Origin: Balanoglossus misakiensis
Taxonomy: Eukaryota; Animalia; Hemichordata
Direction: 5' to 3'
Assembly (NCBI GenBank): GCA_040954595.2
Contig: CM082576.2
Location: forward strand, 6,575,129-6,639,128
Length of the DNA: 64,000 nt
In this document: positions 1 to 10,957 of the stretch, one piece after another
Numbering within the stretch: the first letter of the stretch is position 1
Layout of the letters: every line of letters begins with the position of its first letter
Translations under genes and position numbers: made by a program
The notes under the pieces: generated by a model
The model's input: only the letters and a program-made list of their open reading frames with translations
What the model was told of the DNA's origin: nothing
The model's database searches: none

Positions 1-722
1 CTCTGTATTTACGTAATGTCACCGTGAGAGTGGGTTTAGGACCAGACAACCCACCCAGCATAGCTACAGCTGCACTGCACGCCACATATGGTTTTCCATG
101 TTATTTCAAATCCTATCTCAAAATACATTTAAACGTTTAGTATTATTCAGCTTCAAATAAATCTTTCAAAATTGAAAACATGTTTTTAATTAAAAAAGCC
201 AGATTCTGACCCTTGGGGAGCCAGTTCCAGTAAACGCTGTGTAGTATTTCTGAATTAATGGTCAATCTCGAAGCAAATCTCGAAACATAAAATGATCAGA
301 TACCGAGTACAGAGAAATGAGTTGTGTGTTGCAAGTTGGATGTTTAGGAAAGACTGGTAAATATGCTTCCATGGATACTCGATGTGTATATCTCTGCGTA
401 CCAGCTGTTTCTACATGTGAGAGAAAGTTCACACGGTTCATGCTGGTTATGCCATAGGCTGTATACATTGAAGGGTAGAAGCCACTCTCTGGTTGGTCAA
501 TGCTTACATCACACCTGGGATGTTTCTTAAAAGTGTTCATCATCAAAGGCACAGAAGACTGTCATCATTCTTAGTTTCCACCTTTATAAGGAGATATGAC
601 TCTGTTCCATTTTCTTTATCTCCAAATACATCTCTCAAAGTGGTTCGAACACAGTGTACCCCCTTTTTTTAGCTCCCAACCAATCCTAATGCCGTAGTCT
701 CATGCTTTACTTCCACACGCAG

Positions 723-2643
723 AGTCCATGTGAGACGCACAGACAAAGTCGGCACAGAGGCGGCCTTGCATGAAATCGACGAATACATGGTCCACGTGGA
801 GGAATATTACCAGAGACTCAAACGAATAGAAGAGGTCCCGATAAAAAGGGTGTTTTTAGCCACAGATGAGCCGAGGCTTTTGGCCGAAGCCCAGTCTAAG
901 TAAGACAACGAATTTCATTAACTTCAGTGCGGAGTAATATTGATAATCTAGCCATGCAAGAATCCCCAAAAGCCCAAATCCTGTCGTTTATTTCTGGGAA
1001 ATATTCACATAACATGTACTCTGTTCTCTGAAATTATAGCATTGTGTAATGTTACTGAACGTATAACCAGGATAAGAGACCCTGGCCAGCTGACAAGTTG
1101 GCTTTTTTCAATGAGAACGACATAAATACTGCTGATATAGAGGGGGGAAAATTAAAATAGTGCAAGCTGTTATCCATCATGTGATTCCTTTGTAAGAGCT
1201 CTGTCACTAGGGACAATGGGAAAACCATAAATTGCTTTTTATATTGAAAAAAGAAATTACCCAGGAACCAACATAAAATATTTATTCTTAGTAAAGAAAC
1301 TAGATGGAGGGAAAATGAAAAATTGCTATTGTATTTATCAGGTGATACTAACTCATATTAATAGAAAACATGTTCCATGGTTTGTTTTTTTTGCAGATTT
1401 CCAGATTACACTTTTATCAGTGACAACGCCATATCCAAAACAGCTGGACTCGGCCAGCGTTACTCAGAAGAATCCCTGAAGGGAGTCATCATAGATATTC
1501 AACTGTTGTCAGAAACAGATTACTTAGTTTGCACCTTTTCATCTCAGGTGAGATCTTGTCATTTGTTTCTCCACAGTTGTTGCATCAGTGCACCTTAATC
1601 CCCAGGCGGGCATTATTTAACCCCGTCGACATCTTTGGCACAAGGGCAGACAGACTGTTTAATCAGTTATCCCACGATGCACAGCTTCAGCACATCACAG
1701 GGTTCTGTTCTCTTTTGGCAGTTGGCATGTCTGTTCAATCATCACTGTCAAACAGCTACTTGAAAAGTTCAAGGCTTAAGGAAACTACATAATTTATGTG
1801 AAGTTTAATGCATCAACACAAATTGGGTCACCGTTACTGGATTTGTACTGTGGTAAAACTGGATCCCATAATTTCGCATGTAGGCTTTGTACAATTTCAT
1901 TTCAGGCCCCTCTTCACTAAAAAAGAGCATTTTTGATGATTTAAAGGTACACAACATGAGTCATATTCAGCATATTATATGTACGTCATCTGTCATTTTA
2001 AGAATGCCAGGGTCTAGAATTGGCCTTCATTCTGTGACATGCAAGGCACCATGGGTAACAGAACTGGAGAGTGCAACCCAAATTTCAACTCATGGTGGCG
2101 CTATTTTCACAGATCATATCAAGAGGTGTTGTAACTATAAAATGGGTGTGTGTCTTATCCTATACTGTAGTTGTGGACAGTGGACCAGTTATCAGGAATG
2201 TACCAAATACTAGTACATTGTAGTAGGAAGAGCAGGAAGGATATCTCAAGATCGTGGGAGAGTAAACCTAACATTTAGTCTCTTCTTTTTCTTCCCCCCA
2301 CGATTTGTCCCCTCAGGTCTGTAGGGTAGCGTACGAAATCATGCAAACGCGTTTCCCCGATGCGTCGGCCTACTTCCACTCTCTGGACGACATTTACTAC
2401 TTCGGGGGACAGATGGCGCATGATGAAGTGGCCTTGTACCAGCACGTCCCCCGGAACCCGCAAGAGATGCCCCTGGAACCCGGGGACACTGTGGGCATCG
2501 CCGGCAACCACTGGGACGGCTACTCCAAGGGGCACAATCGCAGAGTCAACAAAGGTGGCCTTTACCCGTCGTACAAAACGGAAGACAAAACAATCATTGC
2601 GAAAATGCCGGCGTATCCAGAAGCCGAAAACGTGGAACTCTGA
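723..2643 (+). CDS. FUT8: Alpha-(1,6)-fucosyltransferase, last three coding exons (gene begins upstream of window)
   Basis: Exons 723-899 ([14 protein letters not shown]...VFLATDEP), 1397-1547 ([10 protein letters not shown]) and 2317-2643 ([10 protein letters not shown]...[11 protein letters not shown]...[13 protein letters not shown]...GLYPSYK, SH3 domain) join in frame over GT-AG introns; these are hallmark FUT8/GT23 motifs. Confidence 0.96.
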
Positions 2644-4153
2644 TGGTGGATGAAAACGTAGTGCATAGTGGATATTCTCCTCACATCTGCCGTGGTGCTA
2701 CTTATCAATATTTGTATATAGGCATCTTGTTAACAGAATGAAAAAACAAACAAATAAAAGAATTATTTTTGTACTCCAAAAAATGAACCGGGACGTCTGA
2801 CATGGGCAGGCTTTTTTGGGCACCCTGATCAGACCCCCTAACTTCTTAAAGCAAACTTTGGACAGTACTATGCAGTACTACATTGTGTATGTGCTCATCG
2901 AGGTGTGTATTCCCAGAATTTTACAAATGGACTTGATAGAAAAATCTTGCAAATTGCAGTCCTGTCTGGAAAAGACACACCTACAACTTTCATTAATAGT
3001 GTACCTGATATTTCACATCTATCCCCCTATATACTCCTTTGCTGTCACCTTAATCAGTCACATTTCTGGTGTAATCAACTTGAGTCATTTCATGTGCGAG
3101 TGAATTTTTGGGGAAAGTACTGGTATCAATTGGGACCAACAGCTATCCATAACACGTTCGTCCATCAGTAATTCCCGAGTTTCTTGTGATATCGTGTGAT
3201 AACAAGATGGCTGCCTCATAAATCCATGTAGTGTGTGTGTGCAGAGAGTTGCCACGCAATATTACCACCGACACAACCCGCAACTTTTGATATTCTGACT
3301 TTTATACTCCCGACACACATTTTGGTCTGTCTTTGAAAGGACAGGTAAACATTTGTAAAACACATTCAGTGGTTTGCGACACTGGAGTGGGTGAGTGTAG
3401 ACGATGTGAATTTAAGTCCTGTTAATTATGTAGATGTTTAAAAACAGAAGCACTTCAGCACTTGTAAGACCCCTCATCCGAAGACAGGTCAACGCTCATC
3501 ACTGGATATGGTCAAATGCCTTCCACCCCAATATTACTCTGTTCTGTTATTTTTCTCTTCCGTAGTATGTACCCATCTTCCAGAAGGAACGAGTCAGCCT
3601 CTGTCACCTGATCTTTTTGTAATTAATTATGCAGATGGGTGTTATTGTCAGAAGGTATGAAAGTGAACCTCATATACTGGGTGCTAAATCTAGTGTCATT
3701 GAGTCTGGTTTCTTGTGAAGAAATGTACAAGTCGCGTAATGTAGATGCAAAACAATGCACTTCCCAAGAAGTTTACTTGATTGACCATCCTTTTTGTCTT
3801 ATTTTAATTTTATTGGTTATTTTTATGATTTCAAAGACTGTCTTTTAACTTCATTTTTATTTTAATCAAAAGCAGGTACAACTTTGTGAGCACCTCGAGC
3901 CTATCACAAAATTGTAGACCTGTAACATTGTCAACTTAAATAGTCCAATGGACTGAGTCTCTCCAAATAATTCCAAATTTAATAGTTTACTGGTTTGACA
4001 ACTGTTGATCTCGATATACTCCAGGAATTTTCAAATATTTTCCTTTGGCATTCCTTATTTTCCACTAGAATTTTTTTGAGTATATCAAGAGTTATCACGT
4101 TATCTTTTCTACGTGAACTGAAAGTTCTGTCACTGTGCTCAGTCACTCTCCCC

Positions 4154-4170
4154 AACACTAGAGGGCGCCC
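4154..4170 (+). promoter_or_regulatory. CTCF-like motif between convergent FUT8 and KCTD 3' ends
   Basis: AACACTAGAGGGCGCCC closely matches the CTCF core CCACYAGRGGGCGC; motif match only. Confidence 0.3.
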
Positions 4171-4928
4171 AATGTGATAGATCTCCAGTTTAGGTTCATG
4201 TACTCGCTTCCTTCAGTTTGATTTTCTGTGAAAACTCAATTTATATTCTATGGAATCTATCACCTACGCAATGCTACATTATATTTTATTTATAGCTGCA
4301 TTGTTGAAAATCCTCACACTGTTATTGTCTGTAAGGAAATGATAAGTTTGTTGAAGAAAAATTAAGCAAGTCAGTGTATGCTGAAGATAATAAAATGAAA
4401 TTTTGATATGAAAGAAGAGCCATTTAAAAAGTATTGAAATCAAAGAGAAATGTACACTTTATATAATCTGTGGACAGTTTGCCCGACATTTTAGCTCAGA
4501 AATGTAAATGTTTATACCAATGTTCTATAAATGATGGTTGAATTGATAAATCTGTAATTTAATGAAATGTGTCCTGAATGTTCCGACTTTGTCAGAAAAT
4601 ATTTACAAAATAAAGCCAATTACAATAAGTCATTTTGATACACTGCAAATAGCTGTGTTGTGCCTTTTATTTGTGTATAAGTTTCTTCACATTGCAAAAC
4701 ACGACTTTTCATTGGTTGACCATGAGTTTTACATTTAAGTACATCATAATATATAATACTAAATTCAGCTGCATTGAGTTGTACCAGGTATTTGGCATTC
4801 TTCAGCAATTATTATGAAATTAGCATGCTTAAAGTTAAATATCCCGGTACTCTCTGAATAATGCTGACAATTAGTTTCGAAATTTGGAGTAATACTGTAC
4901 AATGCATTTGGAATATCCATTTGAAAAT

Positions 4929-6065
4929 TTAAACTATGTTTTCAAACCAAGTGAACTTGAGCTGATATTTAAGTACACCTACTCCGCAGTGTATCCAGTG
5001 TGCCTGATAGGACGAGAAATAGGTTTCATTTTGCTTGGTTTGCCAATCGTAATACTGATTATTGCATTCCATGCAGGTGTCTTGGGTGCAGTTGTCAATG
5101 ACACTGACATTGAACTTCAGCTTGGTGAGGTCATTAGTCAGAACCAGGGGTAGATTGTGCGTGGCCACGTGCCGTATTGTGTCCATGTGACCTGTGAAGA
5201 CGAACGACACTGTGTTTTCCTGTCGAACGTCGGGGTTTTCATCAGCTTGATGTTCGAAGCGGCACGTGTGGTCGGTGGCCTTGAACTTGTTGTACATGCC
5301 ATCGTAGTTGTACCTGACGCCAATCCAGATGTTCGTGGACGACTTGGTCTGGGAGACCTGCAGGCTTTCTCTCCTTGCAATGTGGATTATTTCAGCCAGT
5401 TTCTCGTCATAGTTTGGAATCTGTGACCTTAGTTTTTCGATCAGCACCGTCTCGTGCACCGATCCATACATTTCAAGTCGCTCCATCAAAACATCCAAGC
5501 TGTAATATTTGGCCTCATTGTAGACCTGTAGAGCTGCGTCCGATGGGGGCAGGGTGTCATCTCGCAAGTAGTCCAATATGTAGGAAAAGTACTTTCCATT
5601 CCTGTCGATGAAAAATTTGCCATCTTTGTCCTTGTCAAGTCGGTGCCTGCCACTGAACATCACAGCCAGCATGGAGTTTTCATACTTGGTCAGGGTGGAA
5701 AGTCTGGTGACGAAGATAGCGCCACCAACGTTCAGTTCCACAATCGGCGGTAGGGCTGTCCTCTGCTTTTGGTCAAATGACAACTTTTCTAACGCCTGAG
5801 ATGATGCAAAGTGCAGAGAAAAAAACAGAACCGAAATTAAAACGGTATTTTCATTACCATTCCCTTGACTGTTTGGGAGCTGGACTACGGACAATACCCG
5901 CAGTAAGATGTTTACCGCCTGGGCCTGTCGTTGGAGGCGCAACCGGTTAAGAACACACAGCTCAGCTCCGCCGAGCAATCGTACGGGATGGATAACACAG
6001 TGACGGGTAGGGATAGTACTAGAAATCAAGAAATCACACAAGGATAATTAATATTAGCTTACCAT
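4929..6065 (-). CDS. KCTD7/KCTD14-like BTB/POZ (T1) domain protein, copy 1
   Basis: ATG-only first coding exon (ATG 6065-6063 followed by GTAAG) spliced to exon 5795-4929: MALEKLSF...IVELNVGGAIFVTRLSTL...SMLAVMFSGRH...FFIDRNGKYFSYILDYLRD...; ends LKFTWF like KCTD7/14. Confidence 0.88.
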
Positions 6066-6933
6066 TGTGTATTTTGATTCGTTCTTAGCCAAGCAAGATA
6101 TTTGCCTGCGCCTGTGCCTTGCGAGGCTGGTCGTGAAGAAGAATGCGATGGGGCTGACATCTGCATCGGCCAGCAGACGACATGCGACAGCGACAGTACC
6201 GATCGCGTTACGATGTACACATACAGTCTGACCTTGAATTCACGACCCCCTACCAATGAACCATGTGATTACGCACAAACTGACCCTCAACCAGAATGGA
6301 CATACCAGTATTTTCTCCTGTGCAGCGCAGTGCCACTGCTTTCAGCACTCTCACGTATTTCCGGTTCCTGTTGCGTCCGGTTGACCTTAACTGACCCGAC
6401 CAGGGACGACACATATCCGGGGGGGGGGGGGGCATGTCGAATGTATAATTGTGTAATTGAAAGCCCAAATTATTTTCTCGTTGATTATATTCATATGTAT
6501 TGAAGTAAATGCCCCTTTCACCAATATGACTGTGTAACTTTGTTAGTACATTTCCATTTAGGGTCAGTCTGTTCACCTGTGACACTTGAGAACAGTTCCT
6601 ATGACAACTTGATCACCAAAACTTGGATATTAGTTACGTCAATATCTTTATTGATACATCTGAGCATGAAAGCTGTACAGGTACAATTTTAACTTGAAAG
6701 AACTTCAAAACATTAACCATAGACGGCAGTGTTTCAGTATATCAGTTCATTATACTCTTTAAATCTCTTTCATTAGATTATCAAAAGGAAATCCGAGTAT
6801 GACACGTGGTTGAAAGAAACCACATGTTGGAATCTATTCAAGTGTGAAAATACTCTCAGCAGATATAAAGAAGTTTATTTGAGGAACAAAAAAAAATTAA
6901 ATACATGTACACAGTACTAAGTTTGAGCTGTCA

Positions 6934-7954
6934 TCAATTTGCTTTCTTGTCAAACCAGGTGAATGTAATGCAATAGACAAGCACACCAAAGCCTTTATCG
7001 CTCAGGTTGGATGACAAGTTAAGGCTTCCTTTGGTAGTACCAGAGGATTTCAACTGCTCTTTGTACTCCTCCGAGCAGATTTTGCAATGCTGGGGAGTGC
7101 TGTGATTGCTAATCAGGTGAGAGACGACGAACTTGAACTGCAGGCCCCTGAGGTCGTGCTGCAGTATGGCCGGCAGGTTTTCGCGGATGATGTAGTGGAC
7201 GGCGTCCTTTTGACCGGAGAAGACCAAGGAGACGGTGTTGTCGGGGTTGATGTCTTGAGTGGAGAAAATGGGTTGGAATTCACAGACGTGGTCCGAGGCG
7301 TGAAACGGGGCGTCTGCTTGATTGTACCTGGCGCCGATCCACACTTCCGCCGTCGGTTTCGAGGGGACCTTCTCCAGGCACCTTCTCCGGGCGATGTTGA
7401 CGATCTTGTCAAGGTTTTCACGGTAACTGGGAACTTCCGATCTCAGCTTCTCCATGGTGATCATCTGATGTACAGGCCCCATCATTTCTAGCCTTTGGAC
7501 GAGAGCACCCAGGCCGTAGAACTTGGCCTCCTTGTGGACCTGGACTGCGACGTCCGCTGGTGGGATGGTTCCGTCTCGCAGATACTCCAAAATGTGACAG
7601 AAGTGGGTGCCGTCTCTGTCAATGAAGTATTCCTGTTTGGCATCTCCACTGTCACCTGGACCCTTCGCCAAATTTGCCAACTTGGAGTCGCTCTCTTTCT
7701 TCAAGGTGGACTCATCGGTGACAAAGAGTTTGCCTCCAATATTCAGCTTGACAACTTTCTGACATTCCTACAGGGGAGAAAATGCAATAAGAGCCAAGGA
7801 TGAGGTCTCTCAGTCCCGCTGTACTGCAGCAGCTTCTCGGAATAGCTGGCTGTCACAGTACACGTAGCTGCATACGCTGAACATACGCATATGTCACTGT
7901 CATGTCAGGCGTCCTTGGCCACAAAACCAATCGCTAGTGTTTGTTGCTTACCAT
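6934..7954 (-). CDS. KCTD7/KCTD14-like BTB/POZ domain protein, copy 2
   Basis: ATG-only first exon (7954-7952, GTAAG donor) spliced to exon 7767-6934: ECQKVVKLNIGGKLFVTDESTL...YFIDRDGTHFCHILEYLRDG...EAKFYGL...ITFTWF. Confidence 0.87.
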
Positions 7955-8955
7955 TTTCCTTCCTTTGAAATATACCTCGTGTCAGCTGTGTCAGAAGAAT
8001 AGGGCAAATTGACGGCAATAATCCTAAATTTCTCGGAAGCTAATAAGCCACGTACTGCTATGAAAGAAAGGCATGCGTCTCGCATGCTCTTGTGACGGCA
8101 GAGTTGACCTCTCATCAAGGTCATCGATAGGATGTGCTTCCTGTGACCCCATTCTAAGGTCACAGTGCAATCGAGTCGGGCACGGTGGCAAGTCCGAGTC
8201 GGTGGAACTGCTATACATTATTGTTTTTAAACCAACATTTTTTTCAATTATACAGTCGACCGTACACGTTTCTGACGCAAATGATTATTTTTTTCGCAGC
8301 TATTTCAGCGGTTGGAATGGGGCAGGGGACCAGACTTGGGCCTATATTGTGCATTGGTCTGTGATATCGGGAAAGGTTGGAAAGGGAATATATGTTGTCA
8401 GCCAACAGTGAAGGAGACAATTGCCAACAAAAAAGAGTTTGCTGCCAAGGAGGCCATGAATTTGTTGTGATGCATTCGACATTTCAATTATTTTTCTTTT
8501 CTTTTTATTTTAACAACTTTTAAAGTTGATGATCTCCATTTAAAATACTTTTTAAACTTCTAAGATTTTATTGTGCAGAAAGTCGTGTCACCAACTGAGG
8601 TGGTTTATAAGACATAAATTCCCGTTGACGTTTTGACTTGGTTCGAGAATCAGTCCGTGTTTTTCTTTGCTATTCATGTTCGGAGACATACAGCCAAGCG
8701 AACTCCGGTAGATTTTGTTGTAGATTAGGCCTTCTGGCAAAAGTCAAAAGTGGTGCTACTGTTTTGGCCAATTTGGTTTGTCGGTAATATTACAAAAGGC
8801 ATGATGTGAAGGTTGTGTTACACAAAGAATCAACTTTTTTCATTCAAATGAAAACAAATATTGTCCAGCCCAGTTTAAAATGAATTGTGATAGGGGCCTA
8901 ATTGTGAGTCAAAAACTTGAAGTCGTGCAATAATACCATCGCATAAAAAATGACA

Positions 8956-10032
8956 TCACCACCATTCGAACTCGATTCCGACTAGCTGAGCGCCACAAGC
9001 CATCGCTTTTCCGCCTCTTCCGACGTGGTATCGACACAAAGATTGGAGACCCGACGGTTTGACCGTCAGGCCTCGCTTCGTCAGATCGAGGAGCAGGCAG
9101 TGGGTGAGGACGTCGACGTTCGACGCCGCGGCCTCCCAGGGACCGAACACCACCTCGGCCGTCCGGTAGTTTTTCCCTTGTCCGTCGGTGGTGTGACACG
9201 CGTGGCCCTCTTCGTATTTTTGCCCTCCTGCGCCTGTGAGTGTGAGCAGGTTTTGGACAGTTAGTCCGTGCCTGCTGAGTTTGACGGCGAAAACTACTTC
9301 TGACGTGCGCGACTTCGACGCCGAATGGAGCGCCCTCTCTTTGGCACTGTTAACTATCTTGTCGAGTTTCTCCTCGTATTCACCGAACTGGGCAACGAAG
9401 GCTTGGCGGACTTTCTCTCCAAACATGCCAAGGCCATTTTCGATGCTCTCCATGAGATGGGACAGTCCGTAGTATTGAGCCTCTTCGTAGACCTGGTGAG
9501 CGTCATCTGGGGGCGGGAGAGTTTCTTCACGAAGGTAGTTCAATATGTGGATAAAATAGGTCCCATCTCGATCGATGAAAAACCTGCCATCCAAAAATAA
9601 CAAGGAACATGTACTGTGTTAGTAGTAACAGTGCTGAGGGGTAGCACAGTTTATTATACGTGTGTGGAGTGATCATGTCTTAGTAGAGCAGTGTCTGGAA
9701 TCGAAGTCTGCCTTTCTTCTGTACTTATTTAAATGTTATGACGTCACACTCACCTTCCCTCTTCATCCCTTTCCAATCCGTGTAGTCCGCTGAACATAGC
9801 AGCAAGCATAGACCCGCCGTGTTTCCGTAAGGTCGACAAGCGTGTCGTGTAGTACATACCGCCGATGTTCAATCTTATCACCGACGGTAAAGACTGCAAG
9901 AAATTCTCGAACTTAAAAGAGAAGAGAAGAGAAGAGAAGAGAAGAGAAAGAACGTTTAGCTGTTTTTCACAGCTAGTAGAGACTCACCTCGCGACCACAT
10001 CCGGATTGTAGACCCACTGTGACCTCAGGCAT
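8956..10032 (-). CDS. KCTD7/KCTD14-like BTB/POZ domain protein, copy 3
   Basis: Exons 10032-9988 (MPEVTVGLQSGCGRE), 9893-9754 (SLPSVIRLNIGGMYYTTRLSTL...SMLAAMFSG) and 9583-8956 (RFFIDRDGTYFIHILNYLRE...IEFEWW) join in frame; terminal WW as in KCTD7. Confidence 0.9.
9919..9948 (+). repeat. (GAAGA)n microsatellite in intron 1 of KCTD copy 3
   Basis: About 6 tandem GAAGA units, forming a pyrimidine tract on the coding strand. Confidence 0.85.
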
Positions 10033-10957
10033 ATAATTTATCGGGACTCGGAACACTAACAGAACGAATTACTTATACAATCTGATACGTTGGCGATCAA
10101 CTGATCCATGTATCGTGGATAGGTTGGAATGTGCTGAGTACAAAACCAGTAGATAGGCTAAATGTCAGCCATGTTGCGAAAATGTATGTCCACCCCAGTC
10201 ATCTTCGGACTCCAAAAATTTACCTTCACCTTCCCCAAAAGTCTACCGTCCCCTTGTCATTTTTTTACTATACCGTATTTTGAAAGACGAAAACACATTA
10301 ACGGCGCAACAGGTATCGATTTTGTCCTATTTTCCGCGAAATGCCATGCAAATTTGACAAATCGCGAGCGAGCAACGGAATAAAAATCTGTCTCAATATA
10401 CCTCCTGTTCCTCGCTCCTGAAAGGATTGGTCATGGCGACGTTTGTGGACAGAGATGCCTGTTGAGTGATATTTACAGAACTAAGATGTGCAGGAACGAG
10501 CGTGTCGTCGTTCATGGTGATTATATTCACGCCGTGTGCCGTGCCCAGGTAGTTGTTTGATATTAATTGTATTTAATATTAACGCCGCGTAGACATGACC
10601 TCATGACGACTATTTGGCATGTCACGCCGGTTATCACACATGTTGTCTGACCTCGTGCATAGTTTACATCGATAACGGTATATGTTGGTTTGGATGTTCA
10701 TAGTCCCCTGCAGTTATCATAAAACACATATAGGATCTGATTTGCTGACATGCACACGATCGGACTGAAAAGATCGTGCAAGTACGATATCCAAATATCT
10801 ACTTTAGTCTGTCATACTCCCGTTTATGGACAATTGAGTGTTCGGTGGTAAATAATGACGAACAGTTCGTTAGATCTTGTATTGTTGCAGGAAGATGTGA
10901 TTTATTCTGTTGAACTCCACTTAACTTGGTCACGCCACAGTTTGATAAAACATATAA

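Noticed and set aside
5796-6041. N-terminal 80 aa of the 370-aa ORF
   Set aside because: Lies upstream of a clear acceptor at 5796-5797 and includes the pyrimidine tract; it is intron read-through.
5138-9600. Antisense and alternative-frame ORFs over the KCTD exons and ORF 6102-6503
   Set aside because: Shadows of GC-rich coding or promoter sequence with no recognisable domains.
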